A program made the translations under genes and the position numbers. From NCBI GenBank assembly GCA_023136265.1, contig JAGLRN010000069.1, forward strand, positions 8,680-72,679: 64,000 nucleotides of DNA. The letters are read 5' to 3'. Source of the DNA: Thermoplasmata archaeon (GTDB lineage Archaea > Thermoplasmatota > Thermoplasmata > RBG-16-68-12 > JAGMCJ01). The notes under the pieces were generated by a model. The model was not told the origin of the DNA and ran no database searches. It saw nothing but the letters and a program-made list of their open reading frames with translations. The stretch's first letter is position 1. Every line of letters starts with the position of its first letter. Of the stretch, positions 7,759-17,700 are shown piece by piece.

Positions 7759-10700
7759 ATGTCACGGAACGAGAGTGGATCTACCATCCAGACCTGGATT
7801 CTGGCTGTCATACTCATGGCGACATCGGCCTTTGCGTTTGCAGGCGGGCAGTTGGCCACGCCAGAGTCAGAAGCTCCCGCGAGAGAGCTCACGGATGTCC
7901 AGGCGGATTCGGTTTTCCACTACGAATCTCACGTTATCACCGCGGAGGAGGTCGAGAGGCTCAAGGCGGAGTTCGGCGTGCGGGACCCGCAGAAGAACTA
8001 CAACATACTGTTCGACGGGTTCGGCACAGGACTCGCCCCGCCGACGGAGGCTGAATGGCAGGCCATGATCGGCATATTGTGGATCGACGGCGTCAACGAC
8101 CCGATGCTCGAGCCCATGGTCGACCACTCACAGGAGCCGCACTTTCCGAAAGTTCGAAGCCAGCAGAGCCAGGGCTCCTGCTCGGCCTGGTCCGTCGCAT
8201 ACTACATAAACGGTTATAACCAGGCGAAGGACCTGAACTGGACGGACGCATCCACGGGGAACAACAACCATCTTATGAGCCCGGCCTTCGTGTACAACAA
8301 GGCAAACTCGGGCTTCGACTCCGGCTCCTGGCCGTCGGGAAACATGGAGGTCATCAAGACCGTCGGGAACTCCGTCTGGGCGGAGATGCCCTACGACGAT
8401 GGCGACGCGATCTCCTGGGGCGATGAGGACGCGTGGAGAAGTGCACCCGAGTTCCGCGGACTGGACTACCAGTTCACGGATCCGTCCAACACGGACATCA
8501 TCAAGGCGTGGGTCGCCGAGGGATACGCCATCTCGATAGTCCTGGATGCAGGCAACTACGGAAGGGGACTCGGAAGCGGCGACGACATTATCAATTCTAC
8601 CGAGCATGTAACGGGGAATCCCAATCACGCGAACACCATCGTGGGATACAACGACAGCAAGGAGGACGACGGTGAGATCGGCGCCTTCAAGGTCGTCAAT
8701 TCCTGGGGCGCTGGCTGGGGCTCTGCTTGGGGAGGCAACGGCTACTACTGGATGACCTACGAGGCCGCGGACGAGCTTCCAAACATGGCCATCAGATTCC
8801 GCGACAGGATCAACCACGAGCCGTCCCTGCTCGGCATCGTGAACATGGACCCCCAGGGCGGCAGAAACGCTCCCGTGACTCTTGGCATCGGTCCGATCAA
8901 CGACCCCACCGCCACTAGATTACCCTGGTGGAGGGGAGGGAACCACGACTTCCCGGCCTTCATGGCGCTGGACTACACCGACTTCAAGAACGAGTGGAGG
9001 ACCGGGCAAAACCTCTTCTTCCTCAGCGTCGGCACGGGGACAGACTACTCGACGATGACATCCTACAAGATTGAGCTTTACGAGGGCGGATACAGTCCAG
9101 GCGTCTACACGCGTGTATCGGACGAATCCCCTGACACGCCGGAGGACACGCCGGGGACTGTAACGGTCTCCTTCTACCCGAGCATGAGGATGTTGAGCCC
9201 TCTCGACGGCGACAACATCAACGGGCTCGTGAACATCTCGGGACTGGCGACGAACCCGATGTGGACGGTCGTTCTCAGAGAGGACTTCGAGGGCTCGTGG
9301 CCCGGCACCTGGGTCGTGGGCGACAGCACGAGCTCTGGAGGTGAGGACTACTGGGGCTTGACCAACACCACGTACTACGATGGTGTGACGAGCGTGTGGT
9401 CCGCGGCATTCGGAGAGTACCTCGAGACCGCTCATACGGAGGATTTCGACAGCGGCGGCCTCATGCCGCCGGATTGGACGACCCTCAGCATGGGTCCGGA
9501 CTCGCACCCGTGGGAGATGAAGCTGGAATCGGGAAGCGACTACATCGCGGAGTGTAGCAGCTTGAATGCGGGACCGGGTACCGACATCACGGAATGGTTA
9601 CAGATGAGCACGGGCTTCGATGCCAGCTCCCAGTCCTCGCTCAACCTCACGTTCTATTTGGACTATCAGCATGGCGACGGAGACGAGTACGCGAGCGTGC
9701 TGTACTCCACGAGCGCCAACTACCCTGCGTTCACGGGACTTCGAACGTGGATGTCCACGACGCAGGGGATTCAAAGCATCGATCTCTCGGCTGCGGCCGG
9801 AGACCCCTCCGTCTATCTCGCGTTCCTCTATCACGGCACGAGTGACCAGCACATGCGGGTCGACGACATCGAGGTCATCGGCGGGCTGCCCAACGGCAAC
9901 AGGCAGCAGTACGACAACGACATGGACGCCTATATGCAGCACGACGTCGACTTGAGCGGGCACGACCTGGCCACTCTCACGTACAACTACTGGGTGGACT
10001 CCGAGAGCGGCGTCGACTACATCTACGTCACATATTACGATGGGGCATGGAACTACGTCGATCCGCACACGGGTGACAGCGGCGGATGGCAGGGCTCGAC
10101 GGTCCCGATCCCGACGACCGCAACCAAGATAGGATTCCACTTCCACAGCGATGGCAGCGGCATGGCAGAGGGCGCCTACGTGGACGACGTCCTACTGCTC
10201 GGCCACGGCGTCATCGATGAGGTCTACGTTAAGATAGACGACGCCTCTTGGACGCTTGCGACGGGGACGGCGAACTGGTACTACGAATGGGACACATCGT
10301 CCCTGCTGGAGGGCTGGCACACCGTGTACGCGAGAGCGGACTACGGTTCCGACTCCACGGAGGACTCCGCTCGGGTCACGATCGACGACACGCTCCCGAT
10401 GAACCCGAACGGCCACACCTCCTCGCACACGCCATCGGTTTGGTCGAACGACGATACCGTGTGGATACGGTGGTATGGGGCTTGGGACAACGTTAGCGGG
10501 ATCGGGGGCTTCGCGGTCGAATGGACGATGAGTCCGACCTCAGTACCCGCGGAGACCGTCGACACGACGGAGGCAGAGACTACCAGCTTCGCGCTCACCG
10601 ACGGCAACAGCTGGTACGTGCATGTCAGGACCGTCGACAAAGCTGGCAACTGGGCAGTAGGTGCATACCACGTCGGACCGTTCTACATAGACACGACGCC

Positions 10701-12564
10701 GCCCGAGAATCCGAACAGCCACAGCTCCAGCCATGCGATACTCGTGTGGTCAGGCGACGACACTATATACATGGAGTGGGCAGGGGCCTCCGACACCATG
10801 AGCGGCGTCTACGGCTACTCGCACAGCTGGTCGTTGAACCCCAACACACTGCCGATCAATATGATAAGTTCCGTTTTCACGAATACCACCAGCTTCCCGC
10901 TGGGTCCGAGCGATAGCTGGTACTTCCACATCAGGGCGAGGGATAACGCGGAAAATTGGGCCTCGACCGCCTATCACGTAGGCCCGTTCTACATAGATGT
11001 TCAGGATCCGTGGACCACTCACGCCTTCACCGGAACGGTGGGCGACTTCGGCTGGTTCGTATCCGACGTCAACATCATTCTCATGCCTGCGGACAATCAC
11101 AGCGGCGTGGACGTGACGACCTACAGGATCAACGGTGCACCATGGACCGTGTACTTCTCGCCGCCGGATGTCGTTGTCGACGGGAACTACCTGGTGGAGT
11201 ACTACTCGGTGGACAACGTCGGCAACTTCGAGATGACGAACATCGGCACCTTCGACAGGGATGCCACCGCCCCGCTCAACCCCGACGGCTTCTCATCGAG
11301 TCATGGTGTCGGGATTTGGTCAGAGGACGACACTATAGACGTCAGCTGGACAGGCGCTTGGGATGCGACGAGCGGCGTATACGGCTACTCGTTCGATTGG
11401 ACGCAGTCACCCGCTACACTTCCTGACACGAACGTGGACTCGACAAGCCCGAGCACGACGAGCCCGCCACTCGGGACGGGCAGCGACTGGTACTTCCACG
11501 TGAGGACTCGAGATGTGGCAGGCAACTGGGCTCCTGACGCCTATCATGTGGGACCGTTCTGCATCGACGTCAGCCCGCCTACAACACTGGACGACGTATG
11601 GGCAGTCCTTGAAGGTGTCGGATGGCGGGATGTCAACATCACTTGGACGTTCGCAACGGACCTCGAATCGGGCGTCCAGAGGTATGACATATACTACGGC
11701 ACGACCTACGATCCGTTGGGGACTGGCTACGTGCTCCTTGGCTCTGTACCTGCTGACACGGACTACCTCGTTCATGCTAGTGGCGGAGAGGGGGACTTCA
11801 GCAACCACTTCTATCAGATCAGGGCGGTGGACCAAGCCAACAACTCGGCGCCTTACGCGACCCAGGCAGGTAAGTATGTGAAGAACCTTGCTCCGGGTTG
11901 GAAGCTTCTCTCGGTCCCGCTGGAGCAGAAGGATGAGTCCGTAGGTGCGGTACTCAGGACATTGGACTTCGACACCGCGCGCTACTACTATGCAGGAAGC
12001 TGGAAGAGCTACTCCACGCAGAAGAACTACTGCACACTGGAACAGATTGGCACGAACATGGGGATATGGGTAAACGTCATGAGCGGCTCCAATCTGACCG
12101 TAGCCGGCAGGGTCCCAACGGCGACCCTCGTAAACCTGGAAAAAGGGTGGAACCTCGTTGGCTTTCCGTCATTTGGTACAAGCTACACAATCGCGGACCT
12201 GAAATTCGATTCAGGGGCGATTAGAGTGGAGACGTTCAACGCATTCTCGCCACCTTACTTCCTTAGGGTCGCGAACGACATCGAGACGATGACAGCGGGC
12301 AATGGCTACTGGATCGAGGTCTCTATGTCGGGAACATGGACTGTGATGAATGAGGCGGGCAATCCGCAGGACCCGAAGGATTCCGCGGGCAATGAAGGAC
12401 TCAAATCTCTCCCGCCAGGAAACCAGGGCACATCAACCTCGGAGCCGGATCCCGCTCAAGTCGCTGGAGTTCAGGCCGCTCAGCAAATCGATATTCCCAG
12501 CCTGCTAGCACTCGCGCTCGTTTCGCTAATCGCTCTGCTGGGCACTGTTTTTCGCCGCCACTGA
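7759..12564 (+). CDS. Secreted, membrane-anchored papain-family (C1A) cysteine protease with jelly-roll, FN3/Ig-like repeats and a shared C-terminal domain
   Basis: Signal peptide; QQSQGSCSAW (Gln and Cys), NHANTIVGY (His) and VVNSWG (Asn); three ..SWYxH(V/I)R..NWA..AYHVGPF repeats; C-terminal TM followed by RRH. Confidence 0.88.
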   Translation: MSRNESGSTIQTWILAVILMATSAFAFAGGQLATPESEAPARELTDVQADSVFHYESHVITAEEVERLKAEFGVRDPQKNYNILFDGFGTGLAPPTEAEWQAMIGILWIDGVNDPMLEPMVDHSQEPHFPKVRSQQSQGSCSAWSVAYYINGYNQAKDLNWTDASTGNNNHLMSPAFVYNKANSGFDSGSWPSGNMEVIKTVGNSVWAEMPYDDGDAISWGDEDAWRSAPEFRGLDYQFTDPSNTDIIKAWVAEGYAISIVLDAGNYGRGLGSGDDIINSTEHVTGNPNHANTIVGYNDSKEDDGEIGAFKVVNSWGAGWGSAWGGNGYYWMTYEAADELPNMAIRFRDRINHEPSLLGIVNMDPQGGRNAPVTLGIGPINDPTATRLPWWRGGNHDFPAFMALDYTDFKNEWRTGQNLFFLSVGTGTDYSTMTSYKIELYEGGYSPGVYTRVSDESPDTPEDTPGTVTVSFYPSMRMLSPLDGDNINGLVNISGLATNPMWTVVLREDFEGSWPGTWVVGDSTSSGGEDYWGLTNTTYYDGVTSVWSAAFGEYLETAHTEDFDSGGLMPPDWTTLSMGPDSHPWEMKLESGSDYIAECSSLNAGPGTDITEWLQMSTGFDASSQSSLNLTFYLDYQHGDGDEYASVLYSTSANYPAFTGLRTWMSTTQGIQSIDLSAAAGDPSVYLAFLYHGTSDQHMRVDDIEVIGGLPNGNRQQYDNDMDAYMQHDVDLSGHDLATLTYNYWVDSESGVDYIYVTYYDGAWNYVDPHTGDSGGWQGSTVPIPTTATKIGFHFHSDGSGMAEGAYVDDVLLLGHGVIDEVYVKIDDASWTLATGTANWYYEWDTSSLLEGWHTVYARADYGSDSTEDSARVTIDDTLPMNPNGHTSSHTPSVWSNDDTVWIRWYGAWDNVSGIGGFAVEWTMSPTSVPAETVDTTEAETTSFALTDGNSWYVHVRTVDKAGNWAVGAYHVGPFYIDTTPPENPNSHSSSHAILVWSGDDTIYMEWAGASDTMSGVYGYSHSWSLNPNTLPINMISSVFTNTTSFPLGPSDSWYFHIRARDNAENWASTAYHVGPFYIDVQDPWTTHAFTGTVGDFGWFVSDVNIILMPADNHSGVDVTTYRINGAPWTVYFSPPDVVVDGNYLVEYYSVDNVGNFEMTNIGTFDRDATAPLNPDGFSSSHGVGIWSEDDTIDVSWTGAWDATSGVYGYSFDWTQSPATLPDTNVDSTSPSTTSPPLGTGSDWYFHVRTRDVAGNWAPDAYHVGPFCIDVSPPTTLDDVWAVLEGVGWRDVNITWTFATDLESGVQRYDIYYGTTYDPLGTGYVLLGSVPADTDYLVHASGGEGDFSNHFYQIRAVDQANNSAPYATQAGKYVKNLAPGWKLLSVPLEQKDESVGAVLRTLDFDTARYYYAGSWKSYSTQKNYCTLEQIGTNMGIWVNVMSGSNLTVAGRVPTATLVNLEKGWNLVGFPSFGTSYTIADLKFDSGAIRVETFNAFSPPYFLRVANDIETMTAGNGYWIEVSMSGTWTVMNEAGNPQDPKDSAGNEGLKSLPPGNQGTSTSEPDPAQVAGVQAAQQIDIPSLLALALVSLIALLGTVFRRH

Positions 12565-12583
12565 GTTCGGAGACCAACAACGA

Positions 12584-12964
12584 CTATTCCTGAGGCTGAG
12601 GCAAGCTCTCGAAGAGCGCCTGAACAGCCCCGTCGGGATCCTGGAAGACAGCAAACCAGCCTATGTTCGGGATCTCAGTCTTTGGAACGAGTATCTTACC
12701 ACCTAGGTCTTCGATCTTCTTCGACGTCTCGTCGACCGAGTCCACATTGATGTGGTTCAGAACTCCGTGTGAAGGCTGGCCCTCTTCTGGGACGAACAGC
12801 CCACCATGCGGCGGTGTCGGCGCGTAGAAAAGAGTGTAATCCATCTCGGGAACGTCCTCAAACTTCCAACCAAAGACCTCGCCATAGAACTCCTTGCTCT
12901 TCTCCTTGTCCTTCACAGGGATTTCTATGTGGGTGAAGCTTCCATGCTTAGGTTCTTCCGGCAT
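12584..12964 (-). CDS. VOC/glyoxalase-bleomycin resistance family protein
   Basis: HIEIP..FYGEVFGW..GGKIL..IGWFAVFQDPDG; the real start is probably MPEEP at 12964. Confidence 0.88.
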   Translation of the reverse strand: MPEEPKHGSFTHIEIPVKDKEKSKEFYGEVFGWKFEDVPEMDYTLFYAPTPPHGGLFVPEEGQPSHGVLNHINVDSVDETSKKIEDLGGKILVPKTEIPNIGWFAVFQDPDGAVQALFESLPQPQE

Positions 12965-13400
12965 AATCAACCCCCTATGACCGACCCGAGTGAATACGAG
13001 ACTTAAAAGCTTGCGGGGGGAGATGAGTGAAAGCAGAAAATGCAGAGAGGGGTCCAGCTCGATCGCTGCGTTCATGGGACGGACCTGTCCGCCCCGTATG
13101 ACCCCTTTCCTACTGGGGGCGAAGGGCTCTGGCAGCCAGCCAGTCAGCGCCTGCGTTCCCCGCCTCGTTCCGAACGTACCTCACTCCTCCATACGAGGAC
13201 GTTCCAGTTCCCCTGTGGGGGGTTGCGCTTCTTGTGGTTCTTCCGGACGTTTCAATCACCTCAACCTATACTGAGGATGGTCACAGGGTTAGACTTGAGC
13301 GGTAAGAAGTGAACGAAAAGTGACCACTTTCGGGCACTTTCGGGCGCCATCCCGTGCGCTGAACAAGGTTTATTTACCAATCCAGCCGATGACATGACGG

Positions 13401-14180
13401 ATGAAGAAGATCAGAATCAAGAGATGGAGAGACGGCGATGTTCAGGAGGTCGAGGATGTCGTCGCCGAAGAGACGTTCCTCCATCTGGAGATCAACGAGA
13501 AGATCGGTTTTGACACGATAGTCTCCTCTCAGAACATCAAGGAGTTCGCTTACGGTAATCTCTTCGCCGAGGGCTTCATCGATGAGCCCTCTGACATCAA
13601 GACGTACTCGGAGAGGGAGAAGGACGGGAACTTCCAGATAGACGTCACGATCGACATGGACTCGGACATCTCCTACAGAAGGAACTACAACATACTCTGG
13701 ACGGACTGCACGGCGCCCTCGGACATACAGAAGAGGATCGGGGACAGGATCGGCAAGATCGACTCCCCGCTCAAGGTCAGGGCCTCGGACATCCCGCTCG
13801 TGCACAAGAGGATATCCGACCACGTGGACGTGTACAAGCAGACCGGCGCTTACCACTACGCGTTCCTCTTCGACGGAGAGATGGAGATCATGTCGGTGGC
13901 CTTCGACGTCAGCCGCCACAACGCGGTGGACAAGGTCATCGGATCCACATTCCTCGCGGGCGACACTTTCACGGACAAGGCCCTCTTCGTGACTGGCCGG
14001 ATAACGTCCAACATGATTTGGAAATGCCTGCGGGCGGGGATTCCGCTCGCCATGTCCAGGAGCGCACCACTGTTGGAGGCCATCGAGCTGGCGAAGGCGT
14101 ATGACATGGGAGTGATAGGCTTCGCCCGCGGGAAGCGGTTCAACCTGTACTGCGGGGACAGATTCATCGAGTTCGGGTGA
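13401..14180 (+). CDS. fdhD: Formate dehydrogenase accessory sulfurtransferase FdhD
   Basis: QTGAYH, DVSRHNAVDKVIG, TGRITS, SRSAP and GFARG motifs. Confidence 0.9.
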   Translation: MKKIRIKRWRDGDVQEVEDVVAEETFLHLEINEKIGFDTIVSSQNIKEFAYGNLFAEGFIDEPSDIKTYSEREKDGNFQIDVTIDMDSDISYRRNYNILWTDCTAPSDIQKRIGDRIGKIDSPLKVRASDIPLVHKRISDHVDVYKQTGAYHYAFLFDGEMEIMSVAFDVSRHNAVDKVIGSTFLAGDTFTDKALFVTGRITSNMIWKCLRAGIPLAMSRSAPLLEAIELAKAYDMGVIGFARGKRFNLYCGDRFIEFG

Positions 14181-14187
14181 TTGCCTG

Positions 14188-14748
14188 ATGCATGTCTCCG
14201 TGGCGATTCTGACCGGCGGGAACTCCTCCCGCTTCGGGCGGTCCAAGCAGCTCCACGAGATCGAGGGCAGACCGCTCTACAGCATGTGCTACGAGAAGTT
14301 CACGCCCCTATCGGACGACGTCTTCCTCCAGGGAGGCTTCGCGGGCGCTGACGTTGACGTTCGTGGGGACATTGTGAGCGGCGTGGGACCGATCGGAGGG
14401 CTCTACTCGGCCCTCATGAACGCGAGACACGAGCGAGTGTTCGTCCTCGCGTGCGACATGCCGCATCTGGACCCGAGGATCCTGACCCTCCTCCTGGAGC
14501 ACGGGGAGAGCGAGCTCGTCGTTCCGAAATGGAGGAACGGGTATCTGGAGCCGCTCTGCTCGCTCTATTCGAAAACGCAGGCGCCGATCCTGAGGGAGAT
14601 GATGGACGGAGGCGTCCTCAAGATATCGAGGCTCTTCACGAAGGTGGAGAGGTCAGAGTTCCCCGTGATCGATGATTGGATCGAGGAAGGCCTCATCTCG
14701 AAGGACTGCTTCCTCAACATGAACGAGATGCCGGACTACAGGGACTAG
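14188..14748 (+). CDS. mobA: Molybdenum/tungsten cofactor guanylyltransferase MobA
   Basis: LTGGNSSRFGRSK, GPIGGL, LACDMP, EPLCSLY and FLNMN. Confidence 0.88.
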   Translation: MHVSVAILTGGNSSRFGRSKQLHEIEGRPLYSMCYEKFTPLSDDVFLQGGFAGADVDVRGDIVSGVGPIGGLYSALMNARHERVFVLACDMPHLDPRILTLLLEHGESELVVPKWRNGYLEPLCSLYSKTQAPILREMMDGGVLKISRLFTKVERSEFPVIDDWIEEGLISKDCFLNMNEMPDYRD

Positions 14749-14749
14749 C

Positions 14750-17700
14750 CTACTCTTCCTGGGGCTCTTCCTGAATCAAGAGCCTGGGCAGCATTCTGGC
14801 TGTCTCGATCGTCGCCTTGCCAGAGCTCAAGAGCTCCTGGACATCCTTCTTGAGGAGCTTCGCTCCCCTTGGCGGGTAGACCATCCCGATGAGCGCGTCC
14901 TCGACCACGTACTTCCTCGGGATGAGTGCCAAACCGTGCTGGACGCCTTCGACGACGATGCAGCTCGTCACCTCTCCGATGACCGCCTTCCCTCTCACAA
15001 CGAACAATCCCGGACGGACGACCCTTATGCCCTTCCTCTCCATTCTGAAGCGGACGACCTCCCGCTTCCTGTCGAACGCCTTCTCGACGGCCCTCTGCCT
15101 GCCGACGAAGAACGGCTTGTGGAGCTTGACGAACGACCCGTATCCAGCCTCAGTCGGGAAGAGGTCGTGCTTGCCCGCCAGCTCGTTGCCCCAGAGCGGG
15201 AATCCCGCCTCGGTCCTCGTCGAGTCCCTCGCCCCCAGCCCCGCCGGCTTCACGCCGAAGAGTTTGCCCGCCTCAAGGATGAGATTCCACAGCTTGGGCG
15301 CCTTCTTCGGATGAATGAATAGCTCGTAGCCGTACTCCTCTCCCGTGTATCCTGTGCGGGAGATAATCAGAGGGGTGGCGGCTATCCTCGCTCTCATCAG
15401 TTCAAACCTACCGAGCGACCAGAGCTTCCTCCTGTCCTTCTCCCCTTGGACGAGTTCCATGAGGACCTCGCGGGACTTGGGTCCCTGCAGCGCGATGTCC
15501 ACCCGCTGGTCCCTCCCGCTCGATAGGTCCTTCAGGTCCCTCACGGAGACATCCCTGGTCGCCTCGACCGTTGGGTGCTCGCGGCTCAGGAGATATTCCC
15601 CGGTGCTCGCAGCCTGAAGCCAGGCGAACACCTTCTCCGCGTTCACGGCGTTCGCGACGACCATGTAATCGTCCTCGCCGATCTTGTAGATGAAGATGTC
15701 ATCGATGACGCGCCCCTCGATGTCCAGCACGTAGGAGTACTGCGACTCGCCGGGTCTGAGCCATCGTACGTAGTTCGTCGTCACGGCATCCAGGAACTCC
15801 GTCGCATCCCTGCCCTGAACGCTCAGGACGCCCATGTGGCTCACGTCGAAGAGCCCGGCCGTCTCGCGGACCGCCCTGTGCTCCTCCGCGATGCTCGTGT
15901 AGAGTATGGGCATCTCCCAGCCTGCGAAGGGCTTCATCGAGGTCTCCTTGGTCAGCTTCAGGTGCTCCTCGTACAGGCAGCTCCTCCGCAGCGGGATGTC
16001 CTCCGGCTCGTACCTGTATATCCTCTTCCGCGACCTCTGGCGAAGGAAGTCCCGCTGACCGATAAAGTAGGGTTTCGTCATGTCCATGAACTCCTTGCGC
16101 CTCAGGACGATCTCGCTCGCGTGGGCCTTCCTCCTGCCGTAGATGGGGAGGTAGCGCCTCTTCCGCATCTCCAGCTCGGCGTCCATCCCCGCCGGGCCCA
16201 CGCCCATCCTCTTTCCGGCGTCCAGTAGAGCGTTCCAGAGGTCCACGCACTTGCGCCTGCTGACGATCAGATGATATCTCTCGCACTTGAGGTGCATCCC
16301 GGACCATCCGATCGTGACTCTGATGCCATCCAGGGAGGCCTTCACCGCACCTCTGCCGTCCCATTTCTTCAGCTCTGGTGAGAGCTTGTTCAGCATCCTT
16401 AGGCTCTTATGCCCATGCAGGATTATGCTCGTCTTCCCATCACGCTTCAGGTCCCTCACTATGACGGGACCTTGGACCTTTCTGAAGATGTCGTCATCGA
16501 ATATGACGTAGGAATCGGAAAGCGCGCGGAACCACAGCTTGACCGTGTCCGCGTTCTGAGGGTTTGCAACAACGATGAACCTGTCCCTTCCCGTCTTGTC
16601 GGGGGTTTCCCTCATCACGACGACATCGTCGATTATCCTCCCCTCCTTGTCCAGAACCAGGGTCCTCAGGCTGTCACCGAATTCCATCCCACGAATCGGC
16701 CCCGTGCAGACCTCATCGAGGAAGGGTCTTGCCCGCCACCCGACGACCTCAAGCAGCCCGTGCGTCCAGCCGTCCAGGACGCCCGCCGTTTTCGAGATCT
16801 TCTCGAGGTCCTTCTTCGGCGTGTGATAGACCGCAGGAATCCTCCACCCGCCGACCCTCCTCATTTTGGCGCGGGACATCCTGTGAATCCCCTCAAGAGG
16901 ATTCTCGACTTCCTCACCTTCGCCGGTGCCATAGTGCGGATAGCCGTGTCTCGGTGCGGGCACCTCGCTCCTTGCCTCCTTGACAAGCTCGTCGACGTCT
17001 CGCTTGACCTCCTCGAGTATCCTGAGCTCGATCTTCCCCCTGCCCACGTCCTTCTCCCGACCGACGTAGTGGAAGGGCTGGATGTTCGTCAGGACCCTGT
17101 GGGCCAAGGCGGCGATCTTCTCCATCTGGCTCTTCCCGAACCCTCGCTGCGTCACCCACGTCGTGCCGAAGCGTACCGCGCTCGGGTGTATGGCATTCTC
17201 ATCGTACGGGATCGTGTTCTTGTTGATGACGATACCGCAGAGCTCCATGATGCGGGAGGCTATCTCGCCCGTGAGCGGGTAGCCGGTCTTCGTCTTGATG
17301 TCCCTGAGGTCAATGAGCAACAGGTGGCTGTCAGTCCCGCCGTAGGCCACCGTGAGCCCGAGCTTCTTGAACGAGCTCACCAGATGCTTCGCGTTCTCCA
17401 CGATCCTCCTCGTCAGCTCCCTGAACTCGGGCGTCTTGGCTATCTCGAAGCACACGGCCTTCGCGATGACGTTGTTCAGGTGCGGCCCGCTCTGCTCTCC
17501 CGGGAAGACCGCCCGGTCCAGCGCCTTCGCCTTCTCCTTGTCCGTGGTCAGGAGGACGGCCCCGCGAGGACCGCAGATCGACTTCTGGGTCGTGAACATG
17601 ACCACGTCCGCGTATCCTATCGGGTTGTTGAACTGCCCGCCGACGATGAGACCTGCGACGTGAGCCATGTCCGCGAGGAGAATGGCCCCGCCAGCCGCGT

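Noticed and set aside
12964-13255. In-frame TGA (13183-13181) upstream of the VOC frame with a nearby hairpin, suggesting selenocysteine readthrough
   Set aside because: The read-through peptide resembles no selenoprotein I know, the hairpin does not fit the archaeal SECIS GAA/A pattern, and the VOC gene has its own TATA-like element.
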